Shown piece by piece: positions 11,591-23,362 of a DNA stretch of 64,000 nt. The first letter of the stretch is position 1; each line of letters starts with the position of its first letter. The notes beneath the pieces are model-generated. The model was not told the origin of the DNA, searched no databases, and was given only the letters and a program-made list of their open reading frames with translations. The stretch comes from Malacoraja senta. Lineage: Eukaryota. The DNA lies in NCBI GenBank assembly GCA_038087875.1, contig CM075977.1:80910001-80974000 (forward strand). Direction: 5' to 3'. The position numbers and the translations under genes were made by a program.

Positions 11591-14473
11591 GCAAATAATA
11601 TATTTTATGATGCGATTGAGACTAGGAATATTTATGTTTTCAAAAATATAGTTTACGTTGAATGAGCCAATCTGAAATGGCTGTTAAATTTATAGCCAGA
11701 AAATAACTTTAAATTAATAACTTTAAATCAGCTCACGGAATGGAAGATTTGAACTTTTAAGGTTGATATCAATTATTTTATGTGTTTGATATATTCCAAA
11801 TTCCAGAACATTCTGAGCAAAGAAGTTCATGAAAATCTGACTTCATTGTTAATGTACAGTAAACATTCTCATCTATATAAGTAAAAGTCTCATCTTGACC
11901 ACTTCCTGTCTGCGCTGTATATTGATTTTAGAAAAAACGCTACCCTATATCGCTATGATTTTTGGCCATCTTACTTACAGTCCTTCTCCACTGAGGCAGC
12001 CCCGAGGATTTTTCCAATCGATGAAAAATAAAAAAGTTATGAGTGTTTAAAAAATCGTGAGATCACCATGAGACAGGTCCACTCGCCTGTCACAGTCACC
12101 ATTATGAAGGTAACGCTCCTTCCGGGGGGATGGCAGAACTATAAAACCTCGGATGCCTGGACATGAGTCAGTCACTCTGGAAGATCGCAAAGGGGAGGCC
12201 ACAACTGTGATTCTTAGCTGTGAATCAACTGAACTATGAGTCTGCAATGTACTTGAGTATGTCTTGAGTATAAGAGCAGGGAGGTTCTACTGCAGTTGTA
12301 CAGGGTCTTGGTGAGACCACACCTGGAGTATTGCGTACAGTTTTGGTCTCCTAATCTGAGGAAAGACATTCTTGCCATAGAGGGAGTAATTGGAGGGGCA
12401 AGAGGTGGGGGTGTTGCATTGCTTGTCAAGGAAGATATTACAACAGTGCTTTGGCAGGATAGATTAGAGGGCTCGTCTAGGGAGGCTATTTGGTGGAGCT
12501 GAAAAATGGGAAAGGTGTAGCAACACTTATAGGGGTGTATTATAGACCGCCAAATGGGGAGCGAGAATTGGAAGAGCAAATATGTAAGGAGATAGCAGAT
12601 ATTAGTAGTAAGCACAAGGTAGTGATTGTGGGAGATTTCAATTTTCCACACATAGACTGGGAAACACATTCTGTAAAAGGGCTGGATGGTTTGGAGTTTG
12701 TAAAATGTGTGCAGGATGTTTTTTTGCAGCAATACATAGAGGTACCTACCAGAGAAGGGGCAGTGCTGGACCTCCTGTTAGGAAATGAGACAGGGCAGGT
12801 GGCAGAGGTAAACGTTGGGGAGCACTTCGGGTCCAGTGATCACAATACCATTAGTTTCAATATAATTATGGAGAGGGTCAGAACTGGACCTAGGGTTGAG
12901 ATTTTTGATTGGAGAAAGGCTAACTTTGAGGAGATGCGAAAGGGTTTAAAAGGAGTGAATTGGGACATGTTGTTTTATGGGAAGGATATAGAAGAGAAAT
13001 GGAGGACATTTAAGGGTGAAATTTTAAGAGTACAGAATCTTTATGTCCCTGTTCGGTTGAAAGGAAATAGTAAAAATTGGAAAGAGCCATGGTTTTCAAG
13101 AGAAATTGGACGGTTCAGAAAAAGAGAGAGATCTACAATAATTATAGGCAGCATGGAGTAAATGAGGTGCTTGAGGAGTATAAAGAATGTAAAAAGAATA
13201 TTAAGAAAGAAATTAGAAAAGCTAAAAGAAGATATGAGGTTGCTTTGGCAAGGTAAGGTGAAAGTAAATCCAATGGGTTTCTACAGCTATATTAATAGCA
13301 AAAGGATAACAAGGAATAAAATTGGTCCATTAGAGAGTCAGAGTGGACAGCTATCTGCAGAGCCAAAAGAGATGGGGGAGATATTGAACAATTTCTTTTC
13401 TTCGGTATTCACCAAGGAGAAGGATATGGAATTATGTGAGGTAAGGGAAACAAGCAGAGTAGCAATGGAAACTATGAGATTCAAAGAAGAGGTGCGGACA
13501 CTTTTGAAAAATATGATAACGGATAAATCTCCAGGTCCTGACAGGATATTCCCGAGGACATTGCGGGAAGTTAGTGTAGAAATAGCAGGGGCTATGACAG
13601 AAATATTTCAAATGTCATTAGAAACGGGAATAGTGCCGGAGGATTGGCGTACTGCGCATGTTGTTCCGTTGTTTAAAAAGGGTTCTAAGAGTAAACCTAG
13701 CAATTATAGACCTGTTAGTTTGACGTCAGTTGTGGGCAAATTAATGGAAAGGATACTTAGAGATAATATATATAAGCATCTGGATAAGCGGGGTCTGATT
13801 AGGAACAGTCAACATGGATTTGTGCCTGGAAGGTCATGTTTGACTAATCTTCTAGAATTTTTCGAAGAGGTTACTAGGGAAATTGATGAGGGTAAAGCAG
13901 TGGATGTTGTCTATATGGACTTCAGTAAGGCCTTTGACAAGGTTCCTCATGGAAGGTTGGTTAAGAAGATTAAATTGTTGGGTATTAATGGTGGAGTAGC
14001 AAGATGGATTCAACAATGGCTGAATGGGAGATGCCAGAGAGTAATGGTAGATGGCTGTTTGTCAGGTTGGAGGCTGGTGACTAGTGGGGTGTCTCAGGGG
14101 TCTGTGTTGGGTCCACTGTTGTTTGTCATGTACATCAATGATCTGGATGATGGTGTGGAAAATTGGATTAGTAAGTATGCAGATGATACTGTAAAGGAGC
14201 TAAGTCTGACTCACTTGTAGCTTTACCTAACGTTTAATAATAAGACAGGTTAAACACTTTCCAGCACTGACTGCACCCAGTCTATCATCATGCTGGAACC
14301 AAGGGAGGAGCACACGGGAGATAGAGTTCTTATACTTGATAACTAAGGCGTGGTTAGTGGTACTGAGGTAGCTATATTATTGGTTGCATGCATAAACCAT
14401 CTACATCCTTCCCCTTACAATCAAATGCACATGGAGGCAATCAGGATAGTGCAATTACAATAAACGTGCAAAT

Positions 14474-16151
14474 TTAGACAAAGTCGCCGTAACGAACAGG
14501 CGGCTTAACAATGCGACCCGAACGCGTACGTACAGCACCTTCCCCCCTCCCATCAGAAAGAAGAGAAGCCGTAGCGGAGGCAGGCAGGAAAGGCAAGGGA
14601 GGGGAGATGCAGCCAGAGCGGGAGCGGGAGAGATAGGCGGGGAAGGACGTGCAGGAGGGGACAGTGGCCGGCCAAGACCACGAGGCAGCGAAACAGGAGA
14701 CCGCAATAAGCGAGGGGAATGGGGCATGCACGGAGCAGCAGGGTGATCAGCGGCAGCAGGTGGAAACGACAACGGAGGAGCATAAGGAGTCGCAGGAGGA
14801 GGCTTTGGCTCGTTGACGGCCAACAGGTGCTGACGGCTGCGTCGGTAGGTAGTCCCCTCGTAATCCACCAGGTACGATCTTGGAGAGTCGTCCACGCCAG
14901 TCACCGTCGCGAGGCGGGAATAGCTGGTGGCGGTCCGCATCCGAACGACCTGTCCGGGTAGCAGAGGCAGCAGAGGGCGGCAGGACCTGTCGTGGGAACG
15001 CTGTTGAACATCATGTTTATGATCGATCCGTCTCTGGACGGTGGCAGGATCGAACACTTTGGGTATCAGGGACTGCTGGGCGCGATGGGCATGGGTTGTC
15101 TTGTCACTCTGGACATCAGACGTTGGGCAGGGGAACCCATAAGCGGGTCCCGCGAAACGTTACGTATGTTTAGTAAGTCCAGGTAAATATCGCTGTTAGA
15201 CAGGCGGGACTGCTCCAACAGGCCCTTAGCACTCCGCACGGCCCGTTCGGCCAGGCCGTTACTCTGAGGGTACTCCGGGCTGCTGGTGTAGTGATGGAAG
15301 TTCCACCTTGCAGCGAAAGCTTTGAACTCGGCACTTGTGAATTGCGGACCATTGCCGGTCTGTAAGCGGACAGGGACGCCGTGGTCGGAGAAATGCTGCC
15401 GCATCTTTGCGATGACCCTCCCGGAGGTGGCGGACGGAAGGTGGTCAATGTCGAACCAATTGGAGAATGAGTTCACCAGGACGAGAAAGAGCTTACCCCG
15501 CCATTCGAATATGTCAGCAGCCAGCGATGTCCAAGCCATGGCAGGCGCCGGCTGCTGCAGAAGAGGTTGACGCTGCTGGTGTGGGGTAAGGTTGTTGCAG
15601 GAGGCACAGGAGGACACCCGGTTCCTGATGTAGTTGGCCATGCCAGGCCAGTAGAACTGTCCTTGGGCATGAGAAACAGTGGCCTCGACTCCCGGATGAC
15701 CACTGTAGGCTGCGTTGTAGTATAGATCGTATAGAGAGGCTGGGACCACAACTTTGTGGCCTTGACGATAACCCCATCCTGGATCACCAGCTCGTCGCGG
15801 ACCAGGAAGAACGGTTGTGCGCCCGATGGCAAATTGGTACGTTTGACGGGCCACCCGCGCTTGATGATGGCAGCCAGCTGCTGCAGTGCGGGGTCCGCGG
15901 CGGTGTGCTCGATCAGGCTCTGTAGCTGCTTGGTTGGAACAAAGTTGACATTAAGTACGAGTAGGTTTTCCTGCTCGTAAGGGTGGCGGTCACAGGATGC
16001 CCATGGGGCGCGAGAAAGTGTGTCAGCAACATGCATCTCCGTTCCCTTCTTGTATGTGATTTCAAAATCAAAACGCTGGAGTTGCAGCATCATGCGTTGT
16101 AATCTGGCAGGGGCAACATGTATAGGTTTGTTAAGAATGGTTACCAAGGGC
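14474..16151 (-). pseudogene. Gypsy RNase H end plus integrase, frameshifted
   Basis: ARLQRMMLQLQRFDFEITYKKG, GHPG..CxxC zinc finger, AADIF / QTGNGPQF (D to G) / SNGLAER, and C-terminal TRSGRIVKPP. Confidence 0.9.
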
Positions 16152-16985
16152 AGAGTCCCCCTAGTCCTCACATTTCACCCCACCAGCCGTCACATACAAC
16201 AAGTGATCCTCCGTCAGTTTCGCCATCTCCAACGTGACCCCACCACTCGCCACATCTTCCCATCTCCCCCCATGTCTGCCTTCCGCAAAGACCGCTCCCT
16301 CCGTAACTCCCTTGTCAATTCTTCCCTTCCCTCCCATACCACCCCCTCCCCTGGTACTTTCCCTTGCAACCGCAAGAGATGCAACACTTGTCCCTTCACC
16401 TCCCCCCTCGACTCCATTCAAGGACCCAAGCAGTCGTTCCAGGGGCGACAGAGGTTCACCTGCATCTCCTCCAACCTCATCTATTGCATCCGCTGCTCTA
16501 GATGCCAGCTGATCTACATCGGTGAGACCAAACGGAGGCTTGGCGATCGTTTTGCCGAACACCTCCGGTCGGTGGCTCAGCACTTCAACTCCCCCTCCCA
16601 TTCCGTATCTGACCTCTCTGTCCTGGGTCTCCTCCATGGCCACAGCGAGCAACACCGTAAATTGGAGGAAATGCACCTCATATTCCGCTTGGGCAGTCTA
16701 CATCCTGGGGGCTTGAACATTGAATTCTCCCAATTCTGCTAGCCCTTGCTGTCCCCTCCCCTTCATCAGCCCTCTGGTTGTCTCCTCCCCTCCCCCAGCC
16801 CTCGGGCTCCTCCTCCACCTTTTTCCTTTTTTCCTTTCTTCTCCCCACCCCCTATCAGTCTGAAGAAGGGTTTCGGCCCGAAACGTTGCCTATTTCCTTC
16901 GCTCCATAGATGCTGCTGCACCCGCTGAGTTTCTCCAGCATTTTTGTGTACCTTCGATTTTCCAGCATCTGCAGTTCCTTCTTTT
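16145..16985 (+). mobile_element. Neptune-type Penelope-like element inserted into Gypsy pol
   Basis: RVPLVLTFHP..PCNRKRCNTCPF (Cys linker)..NLIYCIRCSRCQLIYIGETKRRLGDRFAEH GIY-YIG, followed by the terminal repeat. Confidence 0.92.
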
Positions 16986-17988
16986 ACGACTCGACTGTGA
17001 ATCTACAGCCAAAGAGAAAGTCTTTGAATTTGGAACAAGCAAGCACCACAGCCAGGAGCTCCTTCTCGATCTGCGCATATCGTTGCTCCGTGTCGGTCAT
17101 GGTCCGAGAGGCATACGAGACCGGTAGCAGGGAACCGTCGCCGTAAAGCTGCAGGCAAGCAGCACCCAGTCCAAAACGAGAGGCATCACAGGTGACAACA
17201 ATGGGATGGCGTAGGTCGAAGAATTTGAGTGTTGGGGTGCTGATCAGCTTAGACTTCAGACATTCGAAAGCCTGCTGGTGTTGTGGGAACCAGGACCAGG
17301 CGATGCCTTTCTTAGTTAGTTGTCTCAGGGATGAGCTCAGCTCACTGAGATTCGGTACAAACTTCCCGAGGTAGTTGACCATGCCCAGGAATCGTTGTAG
17401 ACCAAGCACGTCAGTGCCCCTTTGTCCGAACAACGGGTCAACGACATCAGCCAACCTGCATGCATGCATAGCGTCCGTCAGGGTAAGATCCGGCCTCCTC
17501 AGTAGCTCGGATCGCAGTTTCTGATCCAGCATACCTGTCACTAAAATGTCCCTGGTTAGCTGGTCAGTCATGTTTTCAAAACGGCACCGCTGCGCGAGAT
17601 AGCGCAGATCCGCAATAAAGCATTCAACAGGTTCGTCGGGCTGTTGCTTTCTTGTGAAAAACTTCGCACACTCTAAAATACGGTTAGAGGGCAAGTCGCA
17701 AATTTCGGCAAATTTTCGCAATAGACACACTGGGTCGTTAGCAGACTCCGCAGGTACCTGAACCAGGTCGTTCCCATCCCGGACCTCGGGATCATAGGCA
17801 AAGGCTCGCGCTCTCCTCATGGCATCTGGACCCACAAGGTTCAGTAGGAGAGAAGCTTTAACAATATCAGGATCGTTGCGATGCACGATATTGATGTAAT
17901 GAGTGAAGTCCATTTCAAAAGTCGCCCAGCGTTCAGCTATGTCAGCATCAAAGACCAGGGGCGAGGGCTTGCGGCACGAGGATGCCAT
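16984..17988 (-). CDS. Gypsy Gag N-terminal part fused in frame to RT-connection/RNase H
   Basis: MASSCRKP..FFTRKQQPDEPVECFIADLRYLAQRCRF (gag) joined directly to TDVLGLQRFLGMVNY..VTCDASRFGLGA..YASRTMTDTEQRYAQIEKELLAVV (RNase H). Truncated by the Penelope insertion. Confidence 0.85.
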   Translation of the reverse strand: MASSCRKPSPLVFDADIAERWATFEMDFTHYINIVHRNDPDIVKASLLLNLVGPDAMRRARAFAYDPEVRDGNDLVQVPAESANDPVCLLRKFAEICDLPSNRILECAKFFTRKQQPDEPVECFIADLRYLAQRCRFENMTDQLTRDILVTGMLDQKLRSELLRRPDLTLTDAMHACRLADVVDPLFGQRGTDVLGLQRFLGMVNYLGKFVPNLSELSSSLRQLTKKGIAWSWFPQHQQAFECLKSKLISTPTLKFFDLRHPIVVTCDASRFGLGAACLQLYGDGSLLPVSYASRTMTDTEQRYAQIEKELLAVVLACSKFKDFLFGCRFTVES

Positions 17989-19633
17989 AGCAAAATCACA
18001 AAACTCCGATAAAGCAACACTTGTGAAGAAAAAAAAACACGATATACAGGAGGCACGCGTTTAACTTGCTAACACCATGTAAAGGAGCTAAGTCTGACTC
18101 ACTTGTAGCTTTACTTAACGTTTAATAATAAGACAGGTTAAGCACTTTCCAGCACTGACTGCACCCAGTCTATCATCATGCTGGAACCAAGGGAGGAGCA
18201 CATGGGAGATAGAGTTCTTATACTTGATAACTAAGGCGTGGTTAGTGGTACTGAGGTAGCTATATTATTGGTTGCATGCATAAACCATCTACAGATACTA
18301 AGATAGGTGGTGTGGTGGATAATGAAGTAGATTTTCAAAGTCTACAGAGAGATTTAGGCCATTTGGAAGAGTGGGCTGAAAGATGGCAGATGGAGTTTAA
18401 TGCTGATAAATGTGAGGTACTACATCTTGGCAGGACAAATCAAAATAGGACGTACATGGTAAATGGTAGAGAATTGAGGAATGCAGTTGAACAGAGGGAT
18501 CTAGGAATAACTGTACATAGTTCCCTGAAGGTGGAATCTCATGTAGATAGGGTGGTAAAGAAAGCTTTTGGTGTGCTGGCCTTTATAAATCAGAGCATTG
18601 AATATAGAAGTTGGGATGTAATGTTAAAATTGTACAAGGCATTGGTGAGGCCAATTCTGGAGTATGGAGTACAATTTTGGTCGCCTAATTATAGGAAGGA
18701 TGTCAACAAAATAGAGAGAGTACAGAGGAGATTTACTAGAATGTTGCCTGGGTTTCAGCAACTAAGTTACAGAGAAAGGTTGAACAAGTTAGGTCTTTAT
18801 TCTTTGGAGCGCAGAAGGTTAAGAGGGGACTTGATAGAGGACTTTAAAATTATGAGTGGGTTAGACAGAGTTGACGTGGATAAGCTTTTTTGATTGAGAG
18901 TAGGGAAGATTCAAACAAGGGGACATGACTTGAGAATTAAGGGACAGAAGTTTAGGGGTAACATTAGGGGGAACTTCTTAACTCGGAGAGTGGTAGCTGT
19001 GTGGAATGAGCTTCCAGTGGAAGTGGTGGAGGCAGGTTCGATTTTATCCTTTAAAAATAGATTGGATGGGTATATGGACGGGAAAGGAATGGAGGGTTAT
19101 GATCTGAGTGCAGGTAGATGGGACTAGGGCGAAGTATTTTATTTTATTTTTTTAAATGTTCGGCACGGACTTGAAGGGCCGAGATGGCCTGTTTCCGTGC
19201 TGTAATGGTTATATGGTTTATATGGTACACGTTGGAATTCAGAAGACTGAGGGGGGATCTTATAGAAACTTACAAAATTCTTGGGGCGTTGGACAGGCTA
19301 GATGCAGGAATATTATTCCCGATGTTGGGGAAGTCCAGAACTAGGGGTCACAGTTTAAGGATAAGAGGGAAGACTTTTAGGACCGAGATGAGGAAATCAT
19401 TTTTTACACAGAGAGTGGTGAATCTGTGGAATTCTCTGCCACAGAAGGTAGTTGAGGCCAGTTCATTGGCTATATTGAAGAGGGAGTTAGATGTGGCCCT
19501 TGTGGCTAAAGGGATCAGGGGGTATGGAGAGAAGGCAGGGATGGGATACTGAGTTGGATGATCAGCCATGATCATATCAAATGGCGGTGCAGGCTCGAAG
19601 GGCCGAATGGCCTACTCCAGCACCTATTTTCTA

Positions 19634-20184
19634 CCGCTCCCTCCGTAACTCCCTTGTCAATTCTTCCCTTCCCTCCCATACCACCCCCTCCCCTGGTACT
19701 TTCCCTTGCAACCGCAAGAGATGCAACACTTGTCCCTTCACCTCCCCCCTCTACTCCATTCAAGGACCCAAGCAGTCGTTCCAGGTGCGACAGAGGTTCA
19801 CCTGCATCTCCTCCAACCTCATCTATTGCATTCGCTGCTCTAGATGCCAGCTGATCTACATCGGTGAGACCAAGCAGAGGCTTGGCGATCGTTTCGCCGA
19901 ACACCCGGTCCGGCTTGAACATTGAATTCTCCCAATTCTGCTAGCCCTTGCTGTCCCCTCCCCTTCATCAGCCATCTGGTTGTCTCCTCCCCTCCCCCAG
20001 CCCTCGGGCTCCTCCTCCGCCTTTTTCCTTTTTTCCTTTCTTCTCCCCACCCCCTATCAGTCTGAAGAAGGGTTTCGGCCCGAAACGTTACCTATTTCCT
20101 TCCATAGATGCTGTTGCACCCGCTGAGTTTCTCCAGCATTTTTGTGTACCTTCGATTTTCCAGCATCTGCAGTTCCTTCTTTAA
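19634..20184 (+). mobile_element. Neptune-type Penelope-like element, internally deleted, inserted in the CR1-A tail, 13-bp TSD
   Basis: Almost identical to 16292-16985. TSD cacctattttcta at 19621-19633 and 20185-20197. Confidence 0.92.
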
Positions 20185-20242
20185 CACCTATTTTCTATGT
20201 TTCTCTGTTTCTATACTTGCAATAAATGATTTGTTAGCCCTT

Positions 20243-20703
20243 AATGAAAACGCAATGAGCTGTTTGGCCTGCCCTGTGCTTGAAACTGTAATGGAAATGG
20301 AAATGAAATAAAAATGCTATGAGCTGTTTGGCCTGCCCTGTGCTTGAAACTGGAATGGAAATGGAAATTAATTGAAAATGCAATGAGTTGTTTGTCCTGC
20401 CCTCTGCTTGAAACTGCAATGGAAATGGAAATGAAATGAAAATGCAATGAGCTGTTTGGCCTGCCCTGTGCTTGAAATTGCAATGGAAATGGAAATGAAA
20501 TGAAAATGCAATGAGCTGTTTGGCCTGCCCTGTGCTCGAAACTGCAATGGAAATGGAATGAAAATGAAATGAGTTGTTTGGCCTGCCCTGTGCTTGAAAT
20601 CGAAATGGAAATGGAAATGGAAATGAAATTAGTTGTTTGGCCTGCCCTGTGCTTGAAATTGAAATGGAAATGAAATGGAATGAGTTGTTTGGCCTGCCTG
20701 AAA
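20243..20703. repeat. ~58-bp minisatellite (~8 units) inside the Helitron
   Basis: atgagctgtttggcctgccctgtgcttgaaactgcaatggaaatggaaatgaaatgaaaatgca repeated. Confidence 0.92.
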
Positions 20704-21141
20704 CCACTAATTTCGGCCCACAAGGCCCCTATTAGCAGAGAAACCAGTCCCTTTCGCCCAAAATGCCTGTATTAGCCCAGGAGGAGCATTTTGGCCCAAA
20801 ATGCCCGTGCCAGGCCAGGAAAAGTCCAGAAAAAGTGCCTTTCACTGAGATTTCACTTTTTTTTTAAGAGCCCCTTCAGCCCATCATGCCTGTACTAGCC
20901 CAGGAGTAGTCCCTTCGGCCCATCAGTAATATTCCCCCTGCAAGTATTAAACCTCACCCCAGTATTTTTCTCTCTCCCTTCATGGGCTCCCTGTGAGATC
21001 CAGGCCAGGATAGACTTTCTTCCTTCATTGCTGTGATCTGCAGAAAAAGATTAAAAATGTCTAAAATTGATTCTCCACCCTCTCTCCCTTCTCTCTCACA
21101 GAGTCTCTCACCTGTTTTGGGCAGAATTTCTGGCAGTTTCG

Positions 21142-21515
21142 GAGCTGCCAGCCCACCAGCCCTGAGTGACTGAGCTGCCAGCGCACCAGGCCTGAGTGAC
21201 TGAGCTGCCAGCCCACCAGCCCTGAGTGACTGAGCTGCCAGCCCACCAGGCCTGAGTGACTGAGCTGCCAGCCCACCAGCCCTGAGTGACTGAGCTGCCA
21301 GGCCACCAGGCCTGAGTGACTGAGCTGCCAGCCCACCAGGCCTGAGTGACTGAGCTGCCAGCCCACCAAGCCTGAGTGACTGAGCTGCCAGCCCACCAGG
21401 CCTGAGTGACTGAGCTGCCAGCCCACCAGGCCTGAGTGACAGTGCTGCCAGCCCACCAGACCTAAGTGACTAAGCTGCCAGCCCACCAGGCCTGAGTGAC
21501 TGAGCTGCCAGGCCA
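21142..21515. repeat. 30-bp minisatellite (~12 units) inside the Helitron
   Basis: gagctgccagcccaccaggcctgagtgact repeated. Confidence 0.95.
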
Positions 21516-22909
21516 AGAATCCATTTGGCCCACAATGTCCATACTAGCTCTCTGGAAACCAGTCCATGCACCCCACAACACCCATACTAGCGCTCCAGAA
21601 AGCCCCCCCCCCCCCGGCCACCAATATTGGAATTGGTGGAGAGGTGGAATATTGTGTTGGGGGACCAGCCCTCCCGTGTGAACATGGGACCCAACGGGTC
21701 CCACTTAGTCTAGTTTTCATTATGATCATGGTCCTTGACTATTCTGTCTTATGAAAATTTGAAAATGAATGACTAAAGAGAAAACAGCAACGAGAAACAA
21801 AAATTACTGTTTGAGGGCTGGAAATTGTCTAGCCTGTGGCAATTGGTGTGAAAATTTAGTTGTTACATAGGTTGTTTTTCCTTAATTGGCGAAACATGGA
21901 AAATCTCAAAACTCAATTTGTTTTTACTTGCCTCAAATATATTTCCATGTTTAACCTCAAATGTTTCAGCATAATTCTGACTCCAGTTTAATATCTTTTC
22001 TGAGTTATCCCTCCTCTATGTCACTATTCTTCAAAGAGATTATAATCTGAGCCACAAATTGAAATGCAATAAATGAAAGTACGTGAGTGAGATCTATTTC
22101 CAGTGGAAACCTGCTGGGTAGATCCTTATGAGGAATCAATTTGAAGAAACAAACTGCAAACAACAACAAAACCTATTTCCCATTTTTAGTCTATTTAAAG
22201 GTTCACAATATATACAAATTGCATTTTCTCCATAAGAATTTAAAAAAATGCTGATTTCTGGTCAGTAACACACTCTTGTAGCTAATGTGTTATGTGACTG
22301 ATGTAAAAAATATATATTTAGAGAAATTTCACATGATGAAATTTGGCCCATCATATATGCACTAACCTCAGATTTATTTCACTTATCTGATTTTATCTGG
22401 TACTCTTTTGCTTAGTTTCAAATACTGCAAATGAAATACACATGGTTCGTGTAGTTTATATAGGTTGTGAGGCTATATTTAATTTTCTCTTTAGTCGTTC
22501 ACTTTGACATTTATAAAATAACTTTTCTCATTTAAAAAATTCAGAATAAAACTGATTATGGGATAACTAAGTAATGCATTTTGAAATATGGGTATTAATC
22601 ATAAAGAGGCTTGAACAAATAATCTAGGAATCCAGACTATTGATTCAGAGACATGAGATCAAATCACATCATACTAGCTAGGGAGTTTGTCCAGTTAATT
22701 AAGTAATCTGTGATTAAATTAGAAATAAAAGCTGGTCTTTATGGTGGTTCATCAATGTCTTGCCACTAAGGGGTATGAAATAAAATTGCCCTGCATGCAT
22801 TCACAGCCCAGTTGATCTTGTAAATTCTCTCAGGAGCATTAGACCAAGAATTTAAATTGGAAGAGCTGTGGAACAGATTAGTCAAGCCAATCAACAAAGT
22901 TGTTCCTTA

Positions 22910-23362
22910 AGGGCCTGTCCCACTTACGCGACCTTGGCTTGCAAATTACGCGACCTCGTGGTCGCTTGAGGCGTACGGGCACTGTATGGCCGGTCCCACT
23001 TAGAGGCGCGGAGTTGTGCGGGGCAGGTCCCGACATCGCGCGGGGCTCCAAAATTCTTGCAGTGGCCGAAATCTTTGCTTGCCAACGGCCTGTCGGCACG
23101 CAGGCGAATTGCGGTCGTACGCCGCGTCTTGACGGCGTACGCCTAACGCGTGGCGTTGCGCGATGACGTCACCGCCCGGTGTGGCGTTGCATGATAACGT
23201 CACCGCCCGACGCCGTGTGATGCCTAAGTTCAGTCGGCCCGCCTCCTGCCCAGCTGATTGGTAAGCATGACGTAAATGACGTCACGCGCGAACTTCGCGT
23301 GAACTCCGCTTCCGTTTGGTCGCGCCAAACGCACGCAATCGCATTCAAGTGGGACAGGCCCT
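22910..23362. mobile_element. PIF/Harbinger-type MITE, CpG-rich
   Basis: TIR AGGGCCTGTCCCACTT / AAGTGGGACAGGCCCT. TTA TSD at 22907-09 and 23363-65. Confidence 0.88.

Larger units (their letters stand above)
14190..18293 (-). mobile_element. Ty3/Gypsy LTR retrotransposon (Mag-like), internally deleted, 216-bp LTRs, 5-bp TSD
   Basis: LTRs 14190-14405 and 18078-18293 (TG...CA, 3 mismatches). TSD gatac at 14185-89 and 18294-98. Minus-strand PBS TGGTGTTAGCAAGT (tRNA-Leu-like) and PPT AAGGGGAAGGA at 14406-14416. Confidence 0.96.
12389..19226 (+). mobile_element. CR1 LINE 'B' with near-complete ORF2 (APE endonuclease plus RT), frameshifted and split by the Gypsy element
   Basis: [27 protein letters not shown] endonuclease motifs. 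[37 protein letters not shown]|KIGG RT motifs. Resumes at 18294. (ggttatat)n tail at 19207-19226. Confidence 0.93.
12256..20213 (+). mobile_element. CR1 LINE 'A', 5'-truncated; own sequence 12256-12388, 19227-19633 and 20185-20213
   Basis: [30 protein letters not shown] resumes as YTLEFRRLRGDLIETYKIL. Tail tttctatg repeats. Probable TSD tacttg at 12250-12255 and 20214-20219. Confidence 0.85.
11872..21713 (+). mobile_element. Non-autonomous Helitron (own sequence 11872-12255 plus 20220-21713), outermost host of a TE nest
   Basis: 5' A|TCTATATAAGTAAAAG. 3' hairpin tgggaccc-aac-gggtccca (21685-21703), then CTAG|T (21710-21713). No TSD. Both halves are homologous to the copy at 42426-44614. Confidence 0.82.

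Noticed and set aside
20243-21515. Regular repeat arrays resembling CRISPR
   Set aside because: Head-to-tail tandem units with no unique spacers, no cas genes, and a eukaryotic context.
22910-23362. CpG-island promoter (also 32761-33364)
   Set aside because: The CpG-rich sequence is bounded exactly by TIRs and TTA TSDs, so it is transposon-derived.
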